64,000 nucleotides of DNA, taken from contig CAXXUO010000001.1 in NCBI GenBank assembly GCA_963666485.2, positions 160,001-224,000 on the forward strand, written 5' to 3'. Positions within the stretch are counted from its first letter, which is position 1; every line of letters starts with the position of its first letter. The notes beneath the pieces were generated by a model. The model made no database searches and was not told the DNA's origin. It worked only from the letters and a program-made list of their open reading frames with translations. This DNA is from Syntrophorhabdaceae bacterium. GTDB lineage: Bacteria > Desulfobacterota > Syntrophorhabdia > Syntrophorhabdales > Syntrophorhabdaceae. Made by a program: the position numbers and the translations under genes. Shown here piece after piece: positions 1-9,190 of the stretch.

Positions 1-972
1 GCCGATCCTGAATGGTGCAACAAGGCGAAAGCCGGCAAGACGGAGACCATCCGCAAGTGCATCGGCTGCCTCGTGTGCTTCGACGAGATCGAACACGTCC
101 GGCACGTCAAGTGCTCCGTCAACCCGCTCTGCGGCCGCGAACGCGAGTTTGCCCACCCTGCCCGAAACGGGGCCGGACGCACGGTGGCCGTGGTAGGCGG
201 CGGCCCCGCGGGAATCACGGCCGCCCTGGTCCTCAAGGAGCGCGGCTTTGAGCCCGTGATCTTCGACCCCTCGCCCCGGCTCGGCGGCACGCTGAATGTG
301 GCCGACAAGGGCATCGACAAGATGAAGATCACGCGGTTTGTCGATTCCATGATAGCTGATGTTGAGGAAAGCGGCGTTGCTCTGCGCCTCGGCGAAGAGG
401 CGACGGTGGAAAAGGTTGAAGCCTTGTCCCCGTGCGGGGTCTTCATAGCCTGCGGCGCTGAGCCGTTCATACCACCGGTCCCCGGCGTTGACGGGAAGAA
501 TGTCGTTATCGCGGAGGATGTACTGCTTGGAAGGGCCGGGGTCACGGGCGACTGCGTGATCATCGGTTCGGGCATGACCGGCCTCGAAACGGCCGAGGTG
601 GTGATGCAGGCCGGGCACAAGACGGCAGTCGTCGACATGCTGCCGGTTATCGGCGCGGGCGCGAACATTGTCGTCATCCTCGACGTGAAGGAGCGCATGG
701 CGCCCTGCGACCCGGCCTACCTGCCGGGGCATAAACTGCTCAAGGTTACCTCGGAAGGTGTGGAACTCGAATGCGTGGATACCTGCCAACCTGTGTTCGT
801 CGCGGCGGAAACGGTCATACTCGCTATGGGCATCAGGCCCCGAAAGCATGTCGTCGACCGCTTCAAGGCCGCCTTCCCTGATGTGCGTGTCATAGGCGAC
901 GCGTCCCGCGGCGGGAGGATCCTCGACGCGACCCAGGATGCCTACGGGCAGGCGTCTGTATTCGAACCCTGA
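1..972 (+). CDS. NADH:flavin oxidoreductase (OYE / 2,4-dienoyl-CoA reductase-like), 5' end outside the window
   Basis: Frame open from base 1: ADPEW...IRKCIGCLVC...CSVNP Fe-S motif, then VAVVGGGPAG and IIGSGMTG dinucleotide-binding motifs. Confidence 0.9.
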   Translation, partial: ADPEWCNKAKAGKTETIRKCIGCLVCFDEIEHVRHVKCSVNPLCGREREFAHPARNGAGRTVAVVGGGPAGITAALVLKERGFEPVIFDPSPRLGGTLNVADKGIDKMKITRFVDSMIADVEESGVALRLGEEATVEKVEALSPCGVFIACGAEPFIPPVPGVDGKNVVIAEDVLLGRAGVTGDCVIIGSGMTGLETAEVVMQAGHKTAVVDMLPVIGAGANIVVILDVKERMAPCDPAYLPGHKLLKVTSEGVELECVDTCQPVFVAAETVILAMGIRPRKHVVDRFKAAFPDVRVIGDASRGGRILDATQDAYGQASVFEP

Positions 973-1028
973 CAGGGATAAACACAAGAACAGACGGTGC
1001 GGCACAAAAAAGAGGAGGATACCAACCC

Positions 1029-1898
1029 ATGAAGAACGGCAGTTATTTTATCCCGCGTGAGCAGATCAAGGCGTTCATGAACCCCGGTGCGATGAATAAC
1101 GAGGAGGGCCTCTATATTCTGTGGGAAACCGATCCCGAGGCTGCGCGGCGCGTATTGCCGCCCATGCTCGATCTCATCGATCCCGACCATGCCATCGCCA
1201 TGGTGTACGTTGTCAACATCCGCGAACCCACCTTCGCGCCGTGGTATATGGAGGGGGGCATCTGCCTGTTATGCCGGTATGGCGAGAAGGGGGGCGCCTA
1301 TTTCCTGAACCTTCAGCTCTCCGGCCCGGGTGCGCCGTCGGGCCTCACCAGCGGGCGGGAATTATCCGGCCTTCCCAAGAAGCTATGCGAGCGCATCGTC
1401 GTCGAGCGCAATGATAAGTGGGCCCACGCACTCATCGAGAGCAAGGGCCGGCGGATCTTCTCCGTCGAGGTTGAGATCGGGGCATATAACGACCCGGTCA
1501 TGGAATACATGTACCAGAACGCGGGGCCGGGCCGGCAGGACAGGGGCACGTGCATGCTGTTCCAGTATGACTCCGCGCAAGCTCCCGACGGCCAGATCGC
1601 CTTCCCCCGGGTCCGGCTCGTCAATTATGACAGCGTCACCGACTATCAATCGTGGGAGCCGGCTACCATTACATCCCTCGAGATGGAACCGTCCCTCGAC
1701 AACCCCTGGGCGGAGATGGCGGTGGTAAAGCCCCTGGGTGCGGCATACAGCGTCAATTCCAACTGGGTGGCAGGGGTCACGCCCCTGGCCGAATTCGAGG
1801 GCGATGAGGCAGACAACTTGATCTCATACCTCTTCTCGGGCCGGTGGGACCGTTCCACCCTCACCACGAGCCACACCCAGCGGTATGGACAATTTTAA
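1029..1898 (+). CDS. Acetoacetate decarboxylase (ADC) family protein
   Basis: GRELSGLPKK Schiff-base Lys motif, LPP motif, GAGGAGG RBS. Confidence 0.8.
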   Translation: MKNGSYFIPREQIKAFMNPGAMNNEEGLYILWETDPEAARRVLPPMLDLIDPDHAIAMVYVVNIREPTFAPWYMEGGICLLCRYGEKGGAYFLNLQLSGPGAPSGLTSGRELSGLPKKLCERIVVERNDKWAHALIESKGRRIFSVEVEIGAYNDPVMEYMYQNAGPGRQDRGTCMLFQYDSAQAPDGQIAFPRVRLVNYDSVTDYQSWEPATITSLEMEPSLDNPWAEMAVVKPLGAAYSVNSNWVAGVTPLAEFEGDEADNLISYLFSGRWDRSTLTTSHTQRYGQF

Positions 1899-1917
1899 CG
1901 TTCAAGGAGGATGAACA

Positions 1918-2829
1918 ATGAAAGTTGACGAAATACGCAAGGTCCTCGTCGTGGGCACCGGCACCATGGGGCAGAAGATCGCCCTGCAGTGCGCCCGCTT
2001 CGGCTACCAGGTGGTCGCTTACGACCCCGTCGCGGCATCACTTGAAAACGCAAAGGTAAAGATCCCCGCATTTGCCGCGGACCTTGTTGCCCGGCAAAAG
2101 ATGACGCCTGAGGCGTCCGAGGCCGCCCTGGCCCGGATCCGGTACACCGCCAGCCCCTTCGACGGCGCGGATGCGGACCTCGTGAGCGAGTCCGTCTTCG
2201 AGGATCCCGACGTCAAGGCGAAGGTCTTCTCCCAACTCAATGAGATCTGTGATCCCAGAACGGTCTTTACCACCAACACGTCCACGCTGCTGCCGTCCAT
2301 GTACGCCGAGGCCACGGGCCGGCCGGACCGGTTCGCCGCATTCCATTTTTACGGGGTGTTTGACCATCAACTGGTCGACGTCATGCCCCACCCCGGCACT
2401 TCCCCGGAAACAGTGGAACTCCTTACCGCCTTCGCAAAACGGATCAGGCAGGTGCCGCTCGTTTTCAAGAGAGAATTCCCGGGCTACGTGGCCAACGCCA
2501 TTTTCGGCGCGATGAACGACATGGCATTCAAGTTAGCTCTCAGGGAAAAAGTCGCGTCCATCGAGGATGTGGACCGGGCGGTCATGCTTCACCTCGGCAT
2601 GCCCGTCGGGCCGTTCGGGATCGATGACTATGTGGGGCTTGACACCATCTGGCACATAATGGAGAGCCAGGCCAAAATAACGGGTGACCCCGGCATCCGG
2701 CAATTCGCCGATGAATTCAAACGGGACTATATAGACAAGGGGTGGCTCGGTGTCAAATCGGGCCGCGGCTTTTACACATACCCCGACCCGGCATACAGCC
2801 GTCCGGACTTCCTGGGCGATCCCGATTGA
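1918..2829 (+). CDS. 3-hydroxyacyl-CoA dehydrogenase
   Basis: VVGTGTMG, TNTSTL, HF, PGYVAN, GPF and GVKSGRGFY motifs. Confidence 0.92.
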   Translation: MKVDEIRKVLVVGTGTMGQKIALQCARFGYQVVAYDPVAASLENAKVKIPAFAADLVARQKMTPEASEAALARIRYTASPFDGADADLVSESVFEDPDVKAKVFSQLNEICDPRTVFTTNTSTLLPSMYAEATGRPDRFAAFHFYGVFDHQLVDVMPHPGTSPETVELLTAFAKRIRQVPLVFKREFPGYVANAIFGAMNDMAFKLALREKVASIEDVDRAVMLHLGMPVGPFGIDDYVGLDTIWHIMESQAKITGDPGIRQFADEFKRDYIDKGWLGVKSGRGFYTYPDPAYSRPDFLGDPD

Positions 2830-2897
2830 CGAAACTCACAAAGCTGCCCACGGGGGGTCGTGAAGTGTATAATACCTGGCCGTAAAAGGGGGTCTCC

Positions 2898-3701
2898 ATG
2901 AAAGAATACTATGAGAACAGGGTTGCCGCTGTCACCGGCGGGGCGTCGGGGATCGGCCTGGCGTTATGTGAGATGCTGCTGGCACTCGGTGCGAAGGCCG
3001 TCATCATGGCCGACCTGAACGCCGAAAAACTAAAGGTCGAAAGCGCGCGGCTCGATACGGCCTATCCCGGGAAAGTGCTGGGGATAGAAACGGATGTAGC
3101 GAACGAGGAGAGCGTTTCGGCGATGGTACGGAAAGCGGCCGATTTCGGGGACGGGCGTATGGACTTCCTCTTTAACAATGCAGGCTTGGCCTTGAACAAG
3201 GCCTTTGACGAAGCTACCAATGCCGATTGGAAATTTGCGCTCGATGTGAACTTCTTCGGGGCAGTGTACGGCATCCGGGCAGCGCTGCCGATCATGCGGG
3301 CCCAGGGGGGCGGGCACATAGCGAACACGGCATCCGGTATTGCCTACGCGCCCATGGCTTACCAGAGCATGTACAGCGCAACCAAGGCTGCATTGACAGC
3401 GCTGACCGGGTCCCTGCGCTACGAGTTCTGGGATGAGAATATACGCTTTTCAACCGTGATCCCCGGCACCGTGGCTACCCCCATATGGGGAAAAAGTGCC
3501 CCCGCCTCAGCGATCTCGCCCGAAGAATCCGCCCGCCTCATTCTCGAGGGGATCGCCAAGAACGAAAGGATCGTGATAACAACAGACGACGACCGCAAGG
3601 GGGCCATCTATGCGTTTCATCCCGAAGCGGCCGAAAGTATGGATAAATATCTTCTGGATGTTGCGCGAAGGAGACGAAAAGGAGAGGAGCACGCGATTTG
3701 A
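2898..3701 (+). CDS. Short-chain dehydrogenase/reductase
   Basis: TGGASGIG, NNAG and YSATK (YxxxK) motifs. Confidence 0.92.
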   Translation: MKEYYENRVAAVTGGASGIGLALCEMLLALGAKAVIMADLNAEKLKVESARLDTAYPGKVLGIETDVANEESVSAMVRKAADFGDGRMDFLFNNAGLALNKAFDEATNADWKFALDVNFFGAVYGIRAALPIMRAQGGGHIANTASGIAYAPMAYQSMYSATKAALTALTGSLRYEFWDENIRFSTVIPGTVATPIWGKSAPASAISPEESARLILEGIAKNERIVITTDDDRKGAIYAFHPEAAESMDKYLLDVARRRRKGEEHAI

Positions 3702-4660
3702 AGCAGAAAACGTACAGGCACACTCTCCTGATCTTAACGTTCGTCTTGGCCGCTATGGCTTTCTGCTTCCTTTTTCCCGTCGTTCCTCCCGCCATTGCCC
3801 TCGAAGGGGGGAGCAGCCATTATTTCGGGAATGCCGAGGATTTCAGTGCCGGGAGCTGGCCGCCGCACGGCCTGTCCGTCAACTTCTCCGTTCTCAATTT
3901 CAATTACGACCGCCTCAAAGATTCGGACGGCAAGACAATGTCGATCCCAGGCGGGTTCCAGGTTGACGGCATCTCAACCTCAGTACGTGTCATGTACACA
4001 ACAAACATCAAGGTTTTTGGCACTACCCTGGGATGGTTCGTTACGCCGGCCCTCGTGTATCAGCATGTCCTGTCGGGCGGCAGGACACAGTCGAAAACGG
4101 AGATGGGCGATTTGAACTTTGGCGTGGTCCTCAAGCAGGACTTCACAAACTTTTCCCATGTTTTCGGGTCGGACATCTTCGCTCCGACAGGTTCCTACAG
4201 CAAGGATGACGTGAACAACATCGGGCTCAATTACTGGACGCTGGGCCCCACGTACGCCTTCACATACGTGGGGGGCAAGGATTCGCCCCTTCCCGGCCTC
4301 GAGATATCTGCGCGCCTGGCCTATTATTTTCACACGGAGAACCACGCGACCAACTACACGTCCGGGCAGGAGTTCTGGACCGATTACCTCGTGGGGATGC
4401 GCTTCGGGGAGAGGCAGCAGTACAGGGTGGGGGTCACCGGCACTTTTCTGTGGCAGACCACCGACGATTCGGTGCGGAACCCGGACCCGGGGTTTGACGG
4501 CCACAGGAGCCGACAGCTCACGGTCGGCCCCGCTCTCCAGTACTGCTTTTCCAATTGGGCCCAGATAACACTGAAGGCGACATGGGGCGTCTATGCCGTG
4601 AACCATGGTGAAGGGAACAACATACATATCAAATTCTGGTACCCGCTCATGCTGTTCTGA
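3698..4660 (+). CDS. SphA / phenol-MetA-pathway family outer-membrane channel
   Basis: Signal peptide, EGG..Y start, GD..FG and APTGSY...NIGLNYW motifs, aromatic C-terminus; TTG start overlaps the SDR stop. Confidence 0.75.
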   Translation: MKQKTYRHTLLILTFVLAAMAFCFLFPVVPPAIALEGGSSHYFGNAEDFSAGSWPPHGLSVNFSVLNFNYDRLKDSDGKTMSIPGGFQVDGISTSVRVMYTTNIKVFGTTLGWFVTPALVYQHVLSGGRTQSKTEMGDLNFGVVLKQDFTNFSHVFGSDIFAPTGSYSKDDVNNIGLNYWTLGPTYAFTYVGGKDSPLPGLEISARLAYYFHTENHATNYTSGQEFWTDYLVGMRFGERQQYRVGVTGTFLWQTTDDSVRNPDPGFDGHRSRQLTVGPALQYCFSNWAQITLKATWGVYAVNHGEGNNIHIKFWYPLMLF

Positions 4661-4666
4661 GCGGTC

Positions 4667-5830
4667 TTATTTTATTTCCCGGAAACGGAACACCAGTGAA
4701 CTTGCCGCCATGGTCAGCGCACCGAGGATGACTATACCCAGCCTGAAGCTGTAAAGGTCACCCGATATGCCAAGGAGCCAGGGCACGACTCCTCCCCCCG
4801 TGAAAAAGCTCGCCGCCAGGATCATCCCCGTGGCAAGGCCCCTCATTTCCCTGGAGAACGTCCGCGCTATCCCCACGAGGCCCATCGGGAAGAAACCCGT
4901 TACGAAGAAGGCCTGGAAGAAAAGCAGGGCGCCCGTGTACCTGACCGGTGAAAGCCCCATCAGCACGGTAAAGATCCCCGTCACGAACAGCATAAAGAAC
5001 ATCATGCGTTTCAGGCTGAACCTGTCGACGAGGAAACCGCAGGCCACCGCCACGCCGATCGACACCAGTCTCGATATGCTCAGGATGGTGTTCGCATAAT
5101 CGATGCTCAGGCCCAGTTCTTTTGTCAGGTACAGCGGGGTGATCGCGTAAATGCCGAGGTTTGCGCCGGCGCCGAATATCCAGACAACGATCATGAACCA
5201 GAGGGACCGCATCCGGACAATGTCCCTGAAGGCGACCCGTGCCGGGTGAACGATCCTGACCTCCGTCGCCGTAAGAATGAAAACCACGAGGCATACGGCG
5301 AACAGCGACCCGTACACGACGAATATCCCCCGCCAGGGAAAGAATTGAAGGAGCCCCAACGCAACGAGCGGCGTGGCAAATATCGCCGTCGAGGCGCCTG
5401 TGTCGTGGATGGCAATGGCCTTGCCCCAGTTCTTTTCCGCGTAATATTCGGTTATCAGCGGCATAACGGATGGCACATACAGTCCGTGAGAAAAACCAAG
5501 TACCAGCGCAAAAACGTAGAGCAGGGAAAAGTTCCGGATGAAGGGCATAAGAAAATTCAAGACGCACAACGAGCCGAGGCCGATGACGATCGCCTTCTTA
5601 TATCCGATCCTTCCTGAAAAAAGCCCCGCGAGCAGAACGGACGCCCCGTACCCGGCAGACATAAAAGTAAATATCCCGCTCGCCCGGGCATGGTTCACCA
5701 TAAATTCGTCTTCCACGAGCGGGAGAATGGGCGAAAAAAGCACGCGTACCGAAAAATTGATAAACCAGATAAAAAGGAGGAAGAAGAGGAACAACAGTGC
5801 CCTCCCCTTAAATTCCTCAAATCGCGCCAT
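4667..5830 (-). CDS. MFS transporter
   Basis: 387 aa, about 12 hydrophobic segments, GLFSGRIGYKK and GFLVDRFSLKR loop motifs. Confidence 0.9.
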   Translation of the reverse strand: MARFEEFKGRALLFLFFLLFIWFINFSVRVLFSPILPLVEDEFMVNHARASGIFTFMSAGYGASVLLAGLFSGRIGYKKAIVIGLGSLCVLNFLMPFIRNFSLLYVFALVLGFSHGLYVPSVMPLITEYYAEKNWGKAIAIHDTGASTAIFATPLVALGLLQFFPWRGIFVVYGSLFAVCLVVFILTATEVRIVHPARVAFRDIVRMRSLWFMIVVWIFGAGANLGIYAITPLYLTKELGLSIDYANTILSISRLVSIGVAVACGFLVDRFSLKRMMFFMLFVTGIFTVLMGLSPVRYTGALLFFQAFFVTGFFPMGLVGIARTFSREMRGLATGMILAASFFTGGGVVPWLLGISGDLYSFRLGIVILGALTMAASSLVFRFREIK

Positions 5831-5891
5831 GTCTTACTCTAACTTAAAGCCCCGGTATTCACCAGATTTTTCCACGATTAACTTTTCCCTT

Positions 5892-5920
5892 CGTGGAACA
5901 TGGAACGTGGAACGTGGAAC
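5892..5920. repeat. Heptanucleotide tandem array (TGGAACG)n, about 4 copies
   Basis: cgtggaacatggaacgtggaacgtggaac. Confidence 0.8.
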
Positions 5921-5927
5921 CGTTTTT

Positions 5928-6551
5928 TTACGAGATCCACCACCGGATCGTCAGGAAAGGAGACCCTTTTTCAGCGAACGAAAACAGTATATCCCCTTTG
6001 CCGGCAAGGGGGCCGGCTACGAATGCCTTGTAGCGCACGTAAACAAACTCGACAGGCCTGTTGGTCCCGTTATCGATGACCACAGCCTGTCCGGACTTCA
6101 AAAGTTCACCAACGAGATACAGTGCATCATCATCGAAGGGCATCTCGACGAGCGAGCAGTTGTGATCGTCCTTTATATTCATCAGGTTGTTGAGAAGTAT
6201 TTCCGCGCGGCGGGCATGAAGCATCGCCATATGTTCTTCGTCTGTCTTTGCTATCGCGGGCTTTGATATCTTCAAATATTCGAGTATATCCCGATGGATG
6301 AGGACCGTCGCCTGCTCCTGCATGACAGATACGCATTGAGCGCCTTCAGGAATGGCCTCGGTGGCGACCTTGAAAGATACATCGAGCGTCCTGCCGGGTT
6401 TGGGCTGTTCGAATGCGGGGGAGCGGAGCAAGGATCTTTCCCGTTGTTTTTCCTCCTGCTTTACCTCCGGTATGAGCTCCTGGCCTGAAGCGAATCCGGC
6501 CAACCCCCATACGGCCGCAGCGAGAACTATACCTGTAATAGCAATCTTCAT
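5928..6551 (-). CDS. Hypothetical exported protein
   Basis: N-terminal signal peptide MKIAITGIVLAAAVWGLAGFASG; fills the gap between neighbours. Confidence 0.7.
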   Translation of the reverse strand: MKIAITGIVLAAAVWGLAGFASGQELIPEVKQEEKQRERSLLRSPAFEQPKPGRTLDVSFKVATEAIPEGAQCVSVMQEQATVLIHRDILEYLKISKPAIAKTDEEHMAMLHARRAEILLNNLMNIKDDHNCSLVEMPFDDDALYLVGELLKSGQAVVIDNGTNRPVEFVYVRYKAFVAGPLAGKGDILFSFAEKGSPFLTIRWWIS

Positions 6552-6673
6552 GACCGGTACCGTTCCTTTATATTTTCTTTATTACCTGACTATTGTCTTT
6601 TACTGCGGCGATATTTTCAACCCAAATTTCGGGACTATCCACGCAAACTACGTTCGAACAAACCAGTCCGTTG

Positions 6674-8029
6674 TTACACCTTGTCCAGCGCTTCCGTTAC
6701 CAGGTCGCAGAGCGACGGGAAGATATGCATGGGATCCAGGATCGATTGGTAGCTTTCCCTGCGGCTGAACACGTTCACAACCTCCTGTATGAGGATGGCT
6801 GCGTCCGGCCCGATTATATGGAAACCGAGTACACGGCCCGTATTTTTTTCGATCACCGCTTTCGCAAATCCCTCGGCCTTCCTTATATCCCCCTGGACCG
6901 TGTCAGTATACGACGCCTTGCCGACAACGATATCGCGGTCCTTCGCCGCCTGCGACTCGATAAGCCCGACCGATGCGATCTGGGGTTCCGTGAACACGGC
7001 GTGCGGTACGGCCCCGAAATCCATCGCGATCTTTTCGGTGTTGAATGCGTTGTGCCAGGCGACGTCGACCTCTTTGTCTGCGGCGTGCGTGAACATCCCT
7101 TTTCCCGTCGCATCTCCCAGGGCAAATATGCCTGCCTTGCCGGTCTGAAGGTAATCGTCGATCTCGATGAAGCCTTTCGAAGTCAGCTTCACACCCGTAC
7201 GCTCGGGTTTCAGCCGGTCGGCATTCGATATTCTGCCCGTCGCGATGAGGACCTTTTCCCCGCGAAGCGGCCTTTCCTCCCCCGACGCACGGTCCCTGGC
7301 AGTAAGGATAATATCATCGCCGTTTCTCTTTATCGAGGTCGCCTCGTGGCCCGTGTATATTGCCATTCTTTTTGCGAGGGACGCCCTGAGCAGCTCTGAA
7401 ATCTCCGGCTCCTCGAAGGAAACGAGGCTGTCGTTGAATTCGACCACGGTAACCCTGGTGCCCATAGCTGCAAAAAAATGGGCGTATTCAACCCCGATAT
7501 AACTTCCCCCGATGATAAGGAGGCTTTTCGGCAGCTGCGTGAGGTTGAGCACCGACTCATTAGTCAGGTAATCGATGTCGCTCAAGCCCCGGATAGGAGG
7601 GATCGCGGGCCGCGCCCCTGTTGCGATGAAGATCTTCCCGGCCCGGATCGTTTCGCTGCCGGCCATTATCGTGTGATCGTCCGTGAATTGGCCTTCTTCT
7701 TCATAATAATCCAGGCCCTCAGTCCCCTTGAGATCGTTCCGGATAGAATCCGCAGCGGCTCGTACCGCGTTCCGTGTATTTTCCATTATCCCGGGAAAAT
7801 CTATCGATTCGATCTTTGCACGTATGCCAAAGTTCTCCGCCTGTTCGATGGTCCTTACGACATCCGCGGCCCAGATCATGGTCTTCGAGGGAACGCAGCC
7901 AACGTTGATGCATGTCCCGCCGGGATAGTCTTTTGCAACCAGGGCGACCTTTACATTACCGGAAAGTGCGCGGTATGTGAGACTCAAGCCCGAACCGGAA
8001 CCAATGACGATGACATCATATTCTTTCAT
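6674..8029 (-). CDS. Class I pyridine nucleotide-disulfide oxidoreductase (dihydrolipoyl dehydrogenase / mycothione reductase-like)
   Basis: GSGSG, GGTCINVGCVPSK redox disulfide, IIGGSYIG, C-terminal HIFPS. Confidence 0.9.
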   Translation of the reverse strand: MKEYDVIVIGSGSGLSLTYRALSGNVKVALVAKDYPGGTCINVGCVPSKTMIWAADVVRTIEQAENFGIRAKIESIDFPGIMENTRNAVRAAADSIRNDLKGTEGLDYYEEEGQFTDDHTIMAGSETIRAGKIFIATGARPAIPPIRGLSDIDYLTNESVLNLTQLPKSLLIIGGSYIGVEYAHFFAAMGTRVTVVEFNDSLVSFEEPEISELLRASLAKRMAIYTGHEATSIKRNGDDIILTARDRASGEERPLRGEKVLIATGRISNADRLKPERTGVKLTSKGFIEIDDYLQTGKAGIFALGDATGKGMFTHAADKEVDVAWHNAFNTEKIAMDFGAVPHAVFTEPQIASVGLIESQAAKDRDIVVGKASYTDTVQGDIRKAEGFAKAVIEKNTGRVLGFHIIGPDAAILIQEVVNVFSRRESYQSILDPMHIFPSLCDLVTEALDKV

Positions 8030-8230
8030 GGCGAAAAACCTCCCTGTTTTTTTGCGAGGCCCAAGCGAAGCCTTTATTCCATCCTAAGCATCGGATGTCA
8101 AGTTTCAAGGATTGCCGCGCAAGACAGCCCGCCCGAAGGCAGGTGATCACATTTCGCGTATTGTCTTTCACGGGCCTGCTGGCATACAATGATGGTGATC
8201 CAACATTATGCTTGAGAAACGGAGGGTCCC

Positions 8231-9163
8231 ATGAAACGAATTGCCTCATTCCGGGAAGTCATGCTCATTTCGGCACTGTTAATAATTTTTTTGTGTACGC
8301 ATGCGGCAGCCGCAGAAAAATTAACGAAGATCGCGGATAATGTATATTCGTACGTCGACGTCAAGAACGGCTCGAAAGAGAATAGTTTCGGCGCAAACGC
8401 CGGGATAATTATCGGCGGTGACGGGGTCATCGTTGTCGACACGCTCATGTCCGCCAAAGAAGCGAAGCGGTTCATCAAGGATATTCGGGCCGTTACGGAC
8501 AAGCCGGTCCGGTACGTGGTGAACACGCATTACCACCTGGACCATGTCTTCGGCAACAGCGAGTTCGTCAAACTTGGCGCTGTCGTCATTGCGCAGGAGA
8601 ACGATAAAAAAATGATGGAAAAGGCGGCGGCCGTGGTCCTGAAAAATATCGCGCAGTACGGTCTCACTGCCGAGGATATGGCGGGGACCGTCCCGTCTTA
8701 CCCGACGATCTCGTACGGTGACCGCATGACGATCGACATTGGCGGACAGCAGGTTGAGCTCATCCATGCCCGCTATTCCCACACGTCCGGCGACACCCTC
8801 GTCTATCTCAGGGACAAGAAGGTCATCTTCGCCGGGGATATCCTTTTCACGAACTACCATCCTTTCCTCGGCGAAGGCGATATTGATCAATGGGCAAAGG
8901 AGCTCGATGACATGCGGGCAATGGACGCCGATAAGATAATCCCCGGGCACGGCCCGCTTTCCGGCAAGAAAGACCTGGAAGATATGAAGGCATACATCCT
9001 TCTCTTTGATCGCAAGGCCCGGGAACTGGCATCGAGATCAAGCGATGTTCAGGCCATTTCCGCCGAGTTGAAAAAGGTCCTTCCCCCTCGCCCTGAAGGG
9101 TCATTTCTTATTCCCAAGAATGTTGAGATGAAGTATATGAAAAAGACAGGCGATGGGCGATAG
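8231..9163 (+). CDS. Exported MBL-fold metallo-hydrolase
   Basis: Signal peptide; THYHLDH, HTSGD, FAGD and IPGHG motifs. Confidence 0.9.
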   Translation: MKRIASFREVMLISALLIIFLCTHAAAAEKLTKIADNVYSYVDVKNGSKENSFGANAGIIIGGDGVIVVDTLMSAKEAKRFIKDIRAVTDKPVRYVVNTHYHLDHVFGNSEFVKLGAVVIAQENDKKMMEKAAAVVLKNIAQYGLTAEDMAGTVPSYPTISYGDRMTIDIGGQQVELIHARYSHTSGDTLVYLRDKKVIFAGDILFTNYHPFLGEGDIDQWAKELDDMRAMDADKIIPGHGPLSGKKDLEDMKAYILLFDRKARELASRSSDVQAISAELKKVLPPRPEGSFLIPKNVEMKYMKKTGDGR

Positions 9164-9190
9164 GGGGATAGGCGACGGGAGAGCTGCAGG

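Noticed and set aside
4758..5567. 269-aa alternative-frame ORF inside the MFS gene
   Set aside because: Arg/Pro-rich out-of-frame translation typical of GC-rich DNA
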